A program made the translations under genes and the position numbers. The notes below the pieces were generated by a model that saw nothing but the letters and a program-made list of their open reading frames with translations, was not told where the DNA came from and made no database searches. Positions 18,720 to 26,751 of a stretch of 64,000 nt of DNA are shown here, one piece after another; within the stretch, counting starts at the first letter, position 1; every line of letters begins with the position of its first letter. This DNA comes from a virus (taxonomy: Duplodnaviria > Caudoviricetes), in IMG/VR virus record IMGVR_UViG_3300005670_000019. The stretch is one strand, 5' to 3'.

Positions 18720-19165
18720 CAAAGGCAATTTTCCTTCGTGGACCTTCTGGTTCTGGCAAGAGCACTTGGACAAAAAAGAACTATCCCAATGCCGTTGTTT
18801 GTTCGGCTGACGACTTCTTCATCGATCAAAAGACTGGAGAATACAAGTGGGACGGTGATAAGTTGATGATCGCTCACAACGTTTGTCAAGCAAAGTTCAA
18901 GAAGGCTTTGATGAACAAGGAACCCGTGGTCGTCGTGGACAACACGATGGTCAAAATTCGTGATATGGAATGGTATTATGAAACGGCAACGAAGTTGGGA
19001 TACGACGTCGAAGTTGTTGAGTTTCGAAAGCCCTTGAGCACCATCCTTGGGCGCAACACGCACAACGTGCCAGATTTCGCAGTCGAGCGAATGTACCAGA
19101 CGATGAAGCAAAATCCGATTCCGAAAAACTGGAATGTCAAGGTGACGCAAGTTACCGAGGATTGA
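18716..19165 (+). CDS. AAA_33 / N4BP2-like polynucleotide kinase
   Basis: RGPSGSGKST, SADDFF, AH..CQ, VVVDNT, RNTHNVP. Confidence 0.8.
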   Translation: MTKAIFLRGPSGSGKSTWTKKNYPNAVVCSADDFFIDQKTGEYKWDGDKLMIAHNVCQAKFKKALMNKEPVVVVDNTMVKIRDMEWYYETATKLGYDVEVVEFRKPLSTILGRNTHNVPDFAVERMYQTMKQNPIPKNWNVKVTQVTED

Positions 19166-19827
19166 AGATGTTTCTCGAAAACTATCCTCGAAAATCAACT
19201 ATGAAGTTTTGGGATCTTGTCACCGACTCGAACTATAAAGAAGGAGTTTGGTTGAAATATGAAGACCTTGAAAACCCCAAAGAGAGTTTTCAGCTACTTC
19301 TAAGCATTGACCATTGGTGGACCTTTTCCCGATTTTTTGGACAAATAAGTATTGTTGAAGACCTTTTGAAGGTAGGATCAGTTGCGCCCACTGTCGGTTC
19401 AATCCTTCCAATGAGTACACACAGTTTTCCAGAAGTCAATGAAGGACAAACATGGATTTCTCTTTGTGGAAAAAATGTAGGCTATACAGGCACGAAGCCG
19501 CTTTTTTCTGACGGTCCGCTCGGTGTAGGAACAGACCGAGACAAAAAACTTGCTTGTAAGTGGTCGACAACTTTCAAGGAAATTGAAAAACGATACGGAT
19601 GTGTTCCTGATGGATTTTATCCATTCCTCAACTGCGAAGGGCATAAGTTCAGATATAGTTATATCTCCCTTGCAATTCTGGTTGCTGGTGAATATATCTT
19701 TCCGCTTCCTTATGGATTTAATTTTGCGGCGAAGGCTGCACTATTTCCATTTGAAAACGGATTACTTTCGTTTCATAAAAACCTTTTCAAGAAGAGTGAC
19801 AATGGCAAATCTCTTTTCAAAAGATGA
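19162..19827 (+). CDS. Hypothetical protein
   Basis: 221-aa ORF. Confidence 0.7.
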   Translation: MKMFLENYPRKSTMKFWDLVTDSNYKEGVWLKYEDLENPKESFQLLLSIDHWWTFSRFFGQISIVEDLLKVGSVAPTVGSILPMSTHSFPEVNEGQTWISLCGKNVGYTGTKPLFSDGPLGVGTDRDKKLACKWSTTFKEIEKRYGCVPDGFYPFLNCEGHKFRYSYISLAILVAGEYIFPLPYGFNFAAKAALFPFENGLLSFHKNLFKKSDNGKSLFKR

Positions 19828-20683
19828 AAATGTTCCTCACATTATGCCCGTGCCGGAAGGTACATTTCGCGCTGTAAGAAAACATGACATTCATCTTGGT
19901 GTCGACATTTATATGCCAGAGGGAACCGAAGTAATTTTTCCCTCCACGTTCAAACTTACAGCAACCGATGCAGTCGTAAGAAAGATTGAAACGTTTACTG
20001 GTCCAAATTCAACTCCTCCGACACCATGGTGGAATGAAACAAAATCTGTTATTCTTCAATGCAATAATTCTGGCAGATTTTTTATCTTCGGAGAAATCGA
20101 AACCTCTCTAAAGGTTGGCGACATGCTCAAGCCTGGTGATGTTGTTGGAACTGTTTCGAAAGTGTTGAAGACCTACAAAGGAATTCCACAATCAATGCTT
20201 CATTTTGAAATCTGGAACCATGGGTATGAAACGTTTTTGCAAAGTTGTGATTTTGGACTTTGTTCTGTTTCACTTGAATGGAATAGAAAGGGTTTCATTC
20301 TTTCAGGTGAAAGTTTTGACGGAAATACAAAAGAGTATTACTTTGAAGATAAAGAAGACTTGTTTGAGCGTTCATTAATTGGATTTTATCAAAAATGCGT
20401 TGATGATGCCGAGATTCTTCTCCAAGATGAAAATGCAGACAACCTCGAAGTCGGAGTTCTTTATGAGGTTGAAAAGGATTTGCAGTTTCATCAGTATTCA
20501 TATGGGTTTTCCTATCACCGTTCTCCTCGAAAAGGAGAGGCGTTTGTTTACTTAGGAAGGTCTAAAAGAAAAGTTGGAATCGATCAACGAGAGGAAACGG
20601 TTTTGCATTTTGCCAATCATGAAGCGGCAGAAATCAAGATCCCGTCATTTAGACTTTCTCACTTTTTGAAAAAGGTTGGTTGA
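19802..20683 (+). CDS. M23-family peptidase-like protein with C-terminal extension
   Basis: HLGVDIYMPEGTEV, LKVGDMLKPGDVVG, MLHFE (HxxxD / HFE-type Zn ligands). Confidence 0.7.
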   Translation: MANLFSKDENVPHIMPVPEGTFRAVRKHDIHLGVDIYMPEGTEVIFPSTFKLTATDAVVRKIETFTGPNSTPPTPWWNETKSVILQCNNSGRFFIFGEIETSLKVGDMLKPGDVVGTVSKVLKTYKGIPQSMLHFEIWNHGYETFLQSCDFGLCSVSLEWNRKGFILSGESFDGNTKEYYFEDKEDLFERSLIGFYQKCVDDAEILLQDENADNLEVGVLYEVEKDLQFHQYSYGFSYHRSPRKGEAFVYLGRSKRKVGIDQREETVLHFANHEAAEIKIPSFRLSHFLKKVG

Positions 20684-20708
20684 AAACTGCACAGTTTTCA
20701 GTTATTGT
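20680..20708 (+). promoter_or_regulatory. Sigma70-type promoter overlapped by a palindrome
   Basis: TTGAAA-17 bp-TATTGT; TGAAAACTG-CA-CAGTTTTCA at 20681-20700. Confidence 0.6.
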
Positions 20709-20721
20709 AAGTTGAGGGCAA

Positions 20722-21213
20722 ATGCAAATTAGACACTATTCAATCATTCGACCATGCACAAAAGATGTAAAGAAGTTCGATCAGGCTCTTCTTGATATCA
20801 AGAAGGAAATGCAAGAACTTTGTGAACGAACAAATGGAATCGGACTTTCAGCTTCTCAAGTTGGATTAGAAGAACGTCTTTTCATCTTTCAAAGAGAGAA
20901 CGGCAATTGGATTCTTGTTTGTAATCCAAAAATGATCCCTCAAAAGAATGAAGGTCTTCAACGTCATGTTGAAGGTTGTCTTTCTGTTCCTAACGAAGCC
21001 TTCGAGGTTCGCAGGTGGGCAAAAGTAAATGCATCCTGGCAAGATGAAAACGGAAACTTTGTCGAAGAAGAGCTTTCGGGAAGAAACGCTCAAGTCTTTC
21101 AACATGAGTTTGATCATCTTGTAGCTCGTTCTATTGTTGATAGAGCAAAGAGCCAATATCGTTCAAGTCGCTTTGAAGCCTCTCGTCAAAAGAAAAAGAG
21201 AAGCAAGAAATGA
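20722..21213 (+). CDS. def: Peptide deformylase
   Basis: GIGLSASQVG, EGCLS, QHEFDHL. Confidence 0.95.
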   Translation: MQIRHYSIIRPCTKDVKKFDQALLDIKKEMQELCERTNGIGLSASQVGLEERLFIFQRENGNWILVCNPKMIPQKNEGLQRHVEGCLSVPNEAFEVRRWAKVNASWQDENGNFVEEELSGRNAQVFQHEFDHLVARSIVDRAKSQYRSSRFEASRQKKKRSKK

Positions 21214-21622
21214 AATATTTCTTAATTCAAGATCCCTGTCTTTGAAAGGATTTGCATTGAAAGACCCGACGTGCTGGATTCCATATGGAGAAGCCTTTGA
21301 AGTAAAGTATGACATATCAATTGATGATGTTAAACATTATGGAATTTTTCCGAAAGACAAACATGGTCATTTTTATCGCTTGGAGCAAGGAATGATTTTT
21401 GTGCCGACTTCGTCATTACAACGACATGGATCTTATTTCAACTCAATTGATTATAGACTTGATCAAAACTTTCCTTTGATTATTTCTGGGATTTGTCATC
21501 ACAAAGGAAGCATAACAACCTTGAATGTTTGGGTCGGTAAAAGGGACGAAACAACTACTCTAATCAAAAAACAACTTTTTGATTTTGTTTTTGAAAGATT
21601 ACAAAATGACAGAAGTATCTAA
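21134..21622 (+). CDS. Hypothetical protein (start uncertain)
   Basis: ORF fills the gap; no clean ATG. Confidence 0.55.
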   Translation: MLIEQRANIVQVALKPLVKRKREARNEIFLNSRSLSLKGFALKDPTCWIPYGEAFEVKYDISIDDVKHYGIFPKDKHGHFYRLEQGMIFVPTSSLQRHGSYFNSIDYRLDQNFPLIISGICHHKGSITTLNVWVGKRDETTTLIKKQLFDFVFERLQNDRSI

Positions 21623-21989
21623 GCTCCTTCTATCTCTAAAGCCAGGACAGGTTGTGTACAGAACGGCAGTAAATGAAAATATTGTTCCGGGTCTTTCATT
21701 GAGCTCGATAACAGACCGAACAAATCCATTCGTTATAAATCCTGTGGCTCTACAGAGGGGGATTCACCCTTTCGAAGAACATGACCCAATGATTTACTAT
21801 GGAGAAGGTAAAGCAAAACTTTCAACCCTTTATTATGGTGGTGATGTTATAGAAGAAGATATTGTAGAAAGATATGTAGAAGATATTTTCATTTTCTTAC
21901 ATCATTTCAATAATGCAACTTACCAGTTTAGTTTTAGTAAATCCAGTCTTTACGCCGAAAATTTTCACACTCTATTTTATATTCTTTGA
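21606..21989 (+). CDS. Hypothetical protein
   Basis: Start MTEVSK; LKPGQVVY motif. Confidence 0.65.
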   Translation: MTEVSKLLLSLKPGQVVYRTAVNENIVPGLSLSSITDRTNPFVINPVALQRGIHPFEEHDPMIYYGEGKAKLSTLYYGGDVIEEDIVERYVEDIFIFLHHFNNATYQFSFSKSSLYAENFHTLFYIL

Positions 21990-22014
21990 TATTCCATCAA
22001 CAACGTGTTAGGAT
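21986..22014 (+). promoter_or_regulatory. Sigma70-type promoter, leaderless
   Basis: TTGATA-17 bp (ending tgt)-TAGGAT-5 nt-ATG. Confidence 0.65.
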
Positions 22015-22019
22015 GAAGT

Positions 22020-23273
22020 ATGGAAAAAAGACATGTCTACATTTTGGGTGGAGGAACGGTTCAACATATTCGTCCACACCTTTCTCTTGCAGCACCCGCT
22101 TATGGTTCAACTGCCAAGAAACTTGTTGAAATTGTAAGCATTACAGGACATCCATATGATGTTGGACTTACAAAGATGGCAGGACCTCGGTGGGCAAGTG
22201 AATGCATTGGGGAAACAAATGAAGAAGTTGAAAACTGGATTCAAGAAAATATTCTTGGAAACAAGGAACCTTCAATTGTTTTCTTGAACGTCGCTTTTTG
22301 CGACTTCCGTGCATCTATTGATGACGGAACTTTTCAGTCAGGAAAACATCTTCCACGTCTAAAGACTTCCGAGGGAAAGAAGTCCATCATTCTCGAACCG
22401 ACAGAAAAGGTTCTTTCAAAAATCCGAAAAGAACGAAAGGATATCTTTCTTGTTGCTTGGAAGACAACAGCAGGATCTACAAGAGAAGAAATGTTTGAGG
22501 CTGGTTTGAAGCTTCTAAAGAAAAACTCTTGCAACCTAGTTTTTGTAAATGACATTCATACTCGTTACAACATGATTGTAACTCCTGAACTTGCTGAGTA
22601 TGCTTTTTCTCAAGACCGAGAGGCTTCTCTAAAAGAGCTTGTTTACATGGCTCTAAATCGTTCATCTGCCCACTTTACAAGAACCACTTGGAATAAGGGA
22701 GAGTTGAAAGAGATTGAAGAAAGTCCAAAAACTCTTCAAGAAGTTCTAAAGAGTTGCATTGAACTTGGAGCCTATCAAGCATTCAATGATGTAACAGTGG
22801 GACATTTTGGTTATAGAGATCCAAACTCTTCAAACGTTCTTTGGTCTTCTCGTCGGAAACAAAACTACAATAAAGCAGGTGGGACGGACCTTTGCAAAGT
22901 AGAGTTTGATCTCGCAAATAACATGCAGACAGTTACCACTCCAATAGCTTCTATGAAGGCTTCTGCTGGCGCTAGGAGCCAGTTTCACGTCCTTCAAAAA
23001 TTCAAGGAGCTAGACTGCATCATTCATTTTCACTGCCCTCTAAAGCCCGATTACGATAAAAGAATAGGCATCAGACCCCAACGTCTCTTTGAGTGCGGCT
23101 CAACAGAATGTGGATTGAATACAGTCGTAGGTATGTCAAAAATCGACAATGACTTTGCGGTTGTTATGCTTGACAAGCATGGACCAAACATTTGTTTCTC
23201 TTCAAAAGCAGACCCAAAGAAAATCGTTGAGTTTATCAAAAACAACTTCGATCTTACAAAAAGAGCAAAATGA
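22020..23273 (+). CDS. CoaB (phosphopantothenate-cysteine ligase)-like domain fused to a class II aldolase/adducin-like domain
   Basis: N-terminal ILGGGT.Q.I, VAFCDF, L.PT.K.L..I, FLVAWKTT, CNLVFVND; C-terminal GHFGYR, IIHFHCP, CGS.E, VVMLDKHG. Confidence 0.7.
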   Translation: MEKRHVYILGGGTVQHIRPHLSLAAPAYGSTAKKLVEIVSITGHPYDVGLTKMAGPRWASECIGETNEEVENWIQENILGNKEPSIVFLNVAFCDFRASIDDGTFQSGKHLPRLKTSEGKKSIILEPTEKVLSKIRKERKDIFLVAWKTTAGSTREEMFEAGLKLLKKNSCNLVFVNDIHTRYNMIVTPELAEYAFSQDREASLKELVYMALNRSSAHFTRTTWNKGELKEIEESPKTLQEVLKSCIELGAYQAFNDVTVGHFGYRDPNSSNVLWSSRRKQNYNKAGGTDLCKVEFDLANNMQTVTTPIASMKASAGARSQFHVLQKFKELDCIIHFHCPLKPDYDKRIGIRPQRLFECGSTECGLNTVVGMSKIDNDFAVVMLDKHGPNICFSSKADPKKIVEFIKNNFDLTKRAK

Positions 23274-23699
23274 ATGACAATGTATGTCAAAGAATATCTT
23301 CGATCTCTTCCAAAAATTGGAGATATGATCTTTTGCTATGACACGGATCAGTCGAAGAATTACAAAGCTTTCTTTGTTTCAAAGATTGAAGTCGTGATCG
23401 ACGATGAATACTTTTGGAAAATTGATGGAGCTATTACAAGAAAAGAAGCTGATAAGGTTGAAGAGTTTCTCAACAATCCAAACAAGAAATATCGTAAAAG
23501 AGATTTGAAGAACCTGAAATGTTTCAAAAAACACAAGATTCATTTGTTCGGAGGACAAGAAACTGACGTGTTTGTGTTTGACACACTCATGCACAAGAAA
23601 CATCTATTGGAAATCGACAACAAAAAATTGAAAACCTTTCCAGAGTATGGTTTCGCAAAAGAAGCTGGTGCAAAATGGATTCTTTTCACAGACGTGTAA
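23274..23699 (+). CDS. Hypothetical protein
   Basis: 141 aa; PKIGDMIF. Confidence 0.7.
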   Translation: MTMYVKEYLRSLPKIGDMIFCYDTDQSKNYKAFFVSKIEVVIDDEYFWKIDGAITRKEADKVEEFLNNPNKKYRKRDLKNLKCFKKHKIHLFGGQETDVFVFDTLMHKKHLLEIDNKKLKTFPEYGFAKEAGAKWILFTDV

Positions 23700-24139
23700 A
23701 CCCTGTTCACTTTGATCCTCCGGACAAAGAGCTTTACAAAAGAGCAATCAATTTCTTCTCTCCGGGAGACATTCTAACACTTGAAAGTCATAAGGATAGA
23801 AGTATCATTCTCTATCTTCCAAATATAGAAATCAAGTATTTGGAAGATTTTGACAATGTTGAAAGGTTGAACTTTGAAGGTCACAAAGAAAAGCGGATTG
23901 ATTTAGTCTTTCTTGAAATGAAAGATGATAATGAAAAATTTTCTCATTTCGTAATGGACCCTCCGCAAGGAAATAAAGTTCCCTTGTTTTTCTTCGTGGT
24001 CCTAACAAAGGACCTGAAAACTACAGGGAAAATTTGTGTTTGGATGGATTGGTTTCAATCTGGATTTCTTTGGTCCCGAGCTCTAAAAAATGGGAAACTC
24101 TTTTGGGATCCTTCTGCTAATCCTAAACTTTGTTGGTGA
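23675..24139 (+). CDS. LxxGD...NG family-like protein
   Basis: FSPGDILTL...ALKNGKLF. Confidence 0.65.
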   Translation: MDSFHRRVNPVHFDPPDKELYKRAINFFSPGDILTLESHKDRSIILYLPNIEIKYLEDFDNVERLNFEGHKEKRIDLVFLEMKDDNEKFSHFVMDPPQGNKVPLFFFVVLTKDLKTTGKICVWMDWFQSGFLWSRALKNGKLFWDPSANPKLCW

Positions 24140-24582
24140 ATGAAATGACGGGAATGGACAAAACAGACGGGTTGATGCTGATATCAAATCCGCAACTATA
24201 TGAACCCGGGGATTTGCTTTCATTCAAAACTTCCCTTTATTTCACTTACCAATATTGGCGAGACAATACAGGGAAGAAGATAACAGATGAAGAACAGTTT
24301 CGATACTTGAAAGGCATTTGTGTCTCAACTGGTGTAAAGTATTTGAAAGAACCAATAGAAATAATGACACTTGTTCTTTCTAAGAAAGCCTCACACAGCA
24401 ACAGGGGAAGAAGAGTCATTTTGAAATGCTTGAGTGAAATTGAAGAAAAGAATGTTCTGTTCTGCGTAAAGCATATATGGAATTCACAATCTACAAGCAT
24501 TTCTATAAATCATGAGGAAAAAATAGTTTTTGATCATAATCTTAGCAAATTTTTGTTAATTGAAACAAATACAAACTCTTGA
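24130..24582 (+). CDS. Hypothetical protein (LxxGD-like)
   Basis: YEPGDLLSF. Confidence 0.65.
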   Translation: MLVNEMTGMDKTDGLMLISNPQLYEPGDLLSFKTSLYFTYQYWRDNTGKKITDEEQFRYLKGICVSTGVKYLKEPIEIMTLVLSKKASHSNRGRRVILKCLSEIEEKNVLFCVKHIWNSQSTSISINHEEKIVFDHNLSKFLLIETNTNS

Positions 24583-24607
24583 CATTTTCCTCAAATCATG
24601 GCACAAT
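24579..24607 (+). promoter_or_regulatory. Sigma70-type promoter, leaderless
   Basis: TTGACA-17 bp (ending tgg)-CACAAT-6 nt-ATG. Confidence 0.7.
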
Positions 24608-24613
24608 AGAGGA

Positions 24614-25516
24614 ATGAAAATACTTGTTACAGGCGGTTTGGGTTTTGTTGGATCTCATCTTGTTGATGAACTTTGTAAAGACCCGCGAAATGAAGTTTAT
24701 GTCATTGACAACCTCTGTTCTGCTTCATCTACTTTAGACAACAGAAACAATAAGGCAACTTATTGGATTGATGATATCCGAAAGTTGACTGTTACAAAAA
24801 AGTATGAAGACGAACATTTTGATCTAATTTTTCATCTTGCTGCGCTTGCCAGGATTCAGCCTTCATTCAAAGACCCATTGGAATACATGTCAGTTGATGT
24901 ATTCGGAACTTCATGTGTCTTGGAATACGCAAGGACAAGACCAAAAGGAAAAGCCAAGGTTGTTTACGCAGGAAGCTCAACGGCTTTTAGCGATGTAAAC
25001 CTAAATCCATATGCTTTTGCAAAATACACAGGTGAACAAACCTGCAAGATGTATTCAGAGGTCTTCGATGTTTCAACAGTTGTTGCACGCTTCTTCAATG
25101 TCTACGGAAACAGACAACCTGCAAGTGGAGACTATGCAACCCTCATAGGCATTTTTGAAAACCTCACAAAGCAAAACAAACCCCTGACGGTAACTGGCAA
25201 TGGAGAACAACGAAGAGATTTTACTCACGTTTCTGATATTGTTTCAGGGCTCCTTGCTTTGTCAAAGGGATACCATACTGGAGAAGTTTATCAGCTTGGA
25301 ACAGGAACAAACTATTCAATCAACGAGATTGCAAGAATGTTCAAGGGAATGATTGTTAGAGTTCCAGCAAGACCAGGCGAAGCAAAAGAGACACTTGCAG
25401 ATATTAGTCTCATGAAGAAATGCTTCAGTTGGCAACCAAAAGTAAACCTTGAAGACTACGTTCAGAATTTCATTCAAAACCTTCAAACTGATGAAATCAT
25501 GCATCATCCTGTCTAA
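24614..25516 (+). CDS. NAD-dependent epimerase/dehydratase (extended SDR, GalE-like)
   Basis: MKILVTGGLGFVGSH, HLAA, YAFAK, RFFNVYG, GEQRRDFTHV. Confidence 0.9.
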   Translation: MKILVTGGLGFVGSHLVDELCKDPRNEVYVIDNLCSASSTLDNRNNKATYWIDDIRKLTVTKKYEDEHFDLIFHLAALARIQPSFKDPLEYMSVDVFGTSCVLEYARTRPKGKAKVVYAGSSTAFSDVNLNPYAFAKYTGEQTCKMYSEVFDVSTVVARFFNVYGNRQPASGDYATLIGIFENLTKQNKPLTVTGNGEQRRDFTHVSDIVSGLLALSKGYHTGEVYQLGTGTNYSINEIARMFKGMIVRVPARPGEAKETLADISLMKKCFSWQPKVNLEDYVQNFIQNLQTDEIMHHPV

Positions 25517-26151
25517 TGCAAATTAAAACGAAAGAATATTCTGTTCGAAGTTTCGAACATTTGCGTCACGAGGAACTTGGTCAACTGGATGTTTTTGATC
25601 GTTTTGTTCCCGGATCATTGTGGAACTTTACAGCTTTCAAAGGGGCTTTCATTACCACATCTGGCATGAGTGATGAAGAGTTTTTTGGAACAACATTTAT
25701 TTATTTGAACAGAGGCGTAAGAGATATTGCAAAATTCTTTCAATTCTCATTGAAGAATATTTCTTTTCTTGAAGTAGATCCGGATAGCCCTATTGTTATA
25801 TTGGACAAGTATCTAGTTGTTGACAATACAAAACAAAAGGTTCTTACGGAATGGAATTTTGATGGATCTCATGTTCTTCTAATGAATGCGGTCGTGGCTA
25901 TGAAAGTCCTTCATAAGGAAACCTTCGCTTTCGCAAAGATGAACATCCAAATCCTTTTGGGGAAAAAAGAGGAAAAAGATTGGGAACCCATTACCGAAGA
26001 AGTCGCAAAATTTCGGAAAAAGGGATGGGAAGTTTGCCCTGCGATTGTGCTTGATTTTTGGAAGCCCTTGGTATCCGACATGATACCATCCAAGAATGGA
26101 ACAGAGGATTGTCCCCAAAAGGGGACAAGTGTTTACATGACGAATACTTGA
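25516..26151 (+). CDS. Hypothetical protein
   Basis: 211-aa ORF. Confidence 0.7.
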   Translation: MQIKTKEYSVRSFEHLRHEELGQLDVFDRFVPGSLWNFTAFKGAFITTSGMSDEEFFGTTFIYLNRGVRDIAKFFQFSLKNISFLEVDPDSPIVILDKYLVVDNTKQKVLTEWNFDGSHVLLMNAVVAMKVLHKETFAFAKMNIQILLGKKEEKDWEPITEEVAKFRKKGWEVCPAIVLDFWKPLVSDMIPSKNGTEDCPQKGTSVYMTNT

Positions 26152-26174
26152 TTTTTCCGGCAATTTTATATTAC

Positions 26175-26203
26175 TTGAAAATCAACGCATTCCATGTTAT
26201 TGT
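26175..26203 (+). promoter_or_regulatory. Sigma70-type promoter, leaderless
   Basis: TTGAAA-17 bp (ending tgt)-TATTGT-agaagc-ATG. Confidence 0.75.
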
Positions 26204-26209
26204 AGAAGC

Positions 26210-26641
26210 ATGATCACGCACTACCTCTACAACGTCCAACTGATGACCACGTACGCATTCATGGAGGGCATGAAGGAAGGCGACCCCATGACCGTTGTGA
26301 AGACGGTGGCACGTCCGTCCCCGCAAGACGTCGAGCTTCATTCAGAGGTTTTGCTCTGCGACGACGCTGAGAAGCTTTGGAAAAAGCTTGAGAAAACGGG
26401 ATATTCCACTTTCGAGGACTTTGTGCAGAAGAACCCCGAATTCTACGGGGCACCTTGTCGCCCACAAAAGACGGCATGTTTTCATTCTGGTCTGGCGAAG
26501 TGGGAAAGCGTCGAAAAGATGAAGGAAGCCTTCTTTCGTAGCTTTCACCCCGCGGGATATGGCTCGTATGTCGATGTTTTTTGGACGGGCTTGAACGACG
26601 TGGTCTTTTGGAAGGCTTCGCGCACTTCGAGCTGCGACTGA
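26210..26641 (+). CDS. Hypothetical protein (GC3-rich)
   Basis: 143-aa ORF; C-terminal FHPAGYGS...W..SR..SCD. Confidence 0.75.
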   Translation: MITHYLYNVQLMTTYAFMEGMKEGDPMTVVKTVARPSPQDVELHSEVLLCDDAEKLWKKLEKTGYSTFEDFVQKNPEFYGAPCRPQKTACFHSGLAKWESVEKMKEAFFRSFHPAGYGSYVDVFWTGLNDVVFWKASRTSSCD

Positions 26642-26677
26642 AAAACCCTGAAATTTCACACACAAACAACCGAGGGG

Positions 26678-26706
26678 ATGGGGGCAACAGCCCCCATTTC
26701 TTTTTC
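26678..26706 (+). terminator. Intrinsic terminator
   Basis: atgggggc-aaca-gcccccat followed by ttcttttt. Confidence 0.75.
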
Positions 26707-26716
26707 TGGATATTGG

Positions 26717-26745
26717 TTGAAAATCGCTTCGAACTGTGTTATAGT
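26717..26745 (+). promoter_or_regulatory. Sigma70-type promoter, leaderless
   Basis: TTGAAA-17 bp (ending tgt)-TATAGT-ggaagc-ATG. Confidence 0.8.
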
Positions 26746-26751
26746 GGAAGC

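Noticed and set aside
21210-21245. ATGA-coupled mini-ORF MKYFLIQDPCL ending CTT-TGA, resembling the prfB +1 frameshift site
   Set aside because: The +1 frame closes again within about 20 codons; the long ORF is in the -1 frame with no slippery heptamer. A TTG start or a single indel is more likely
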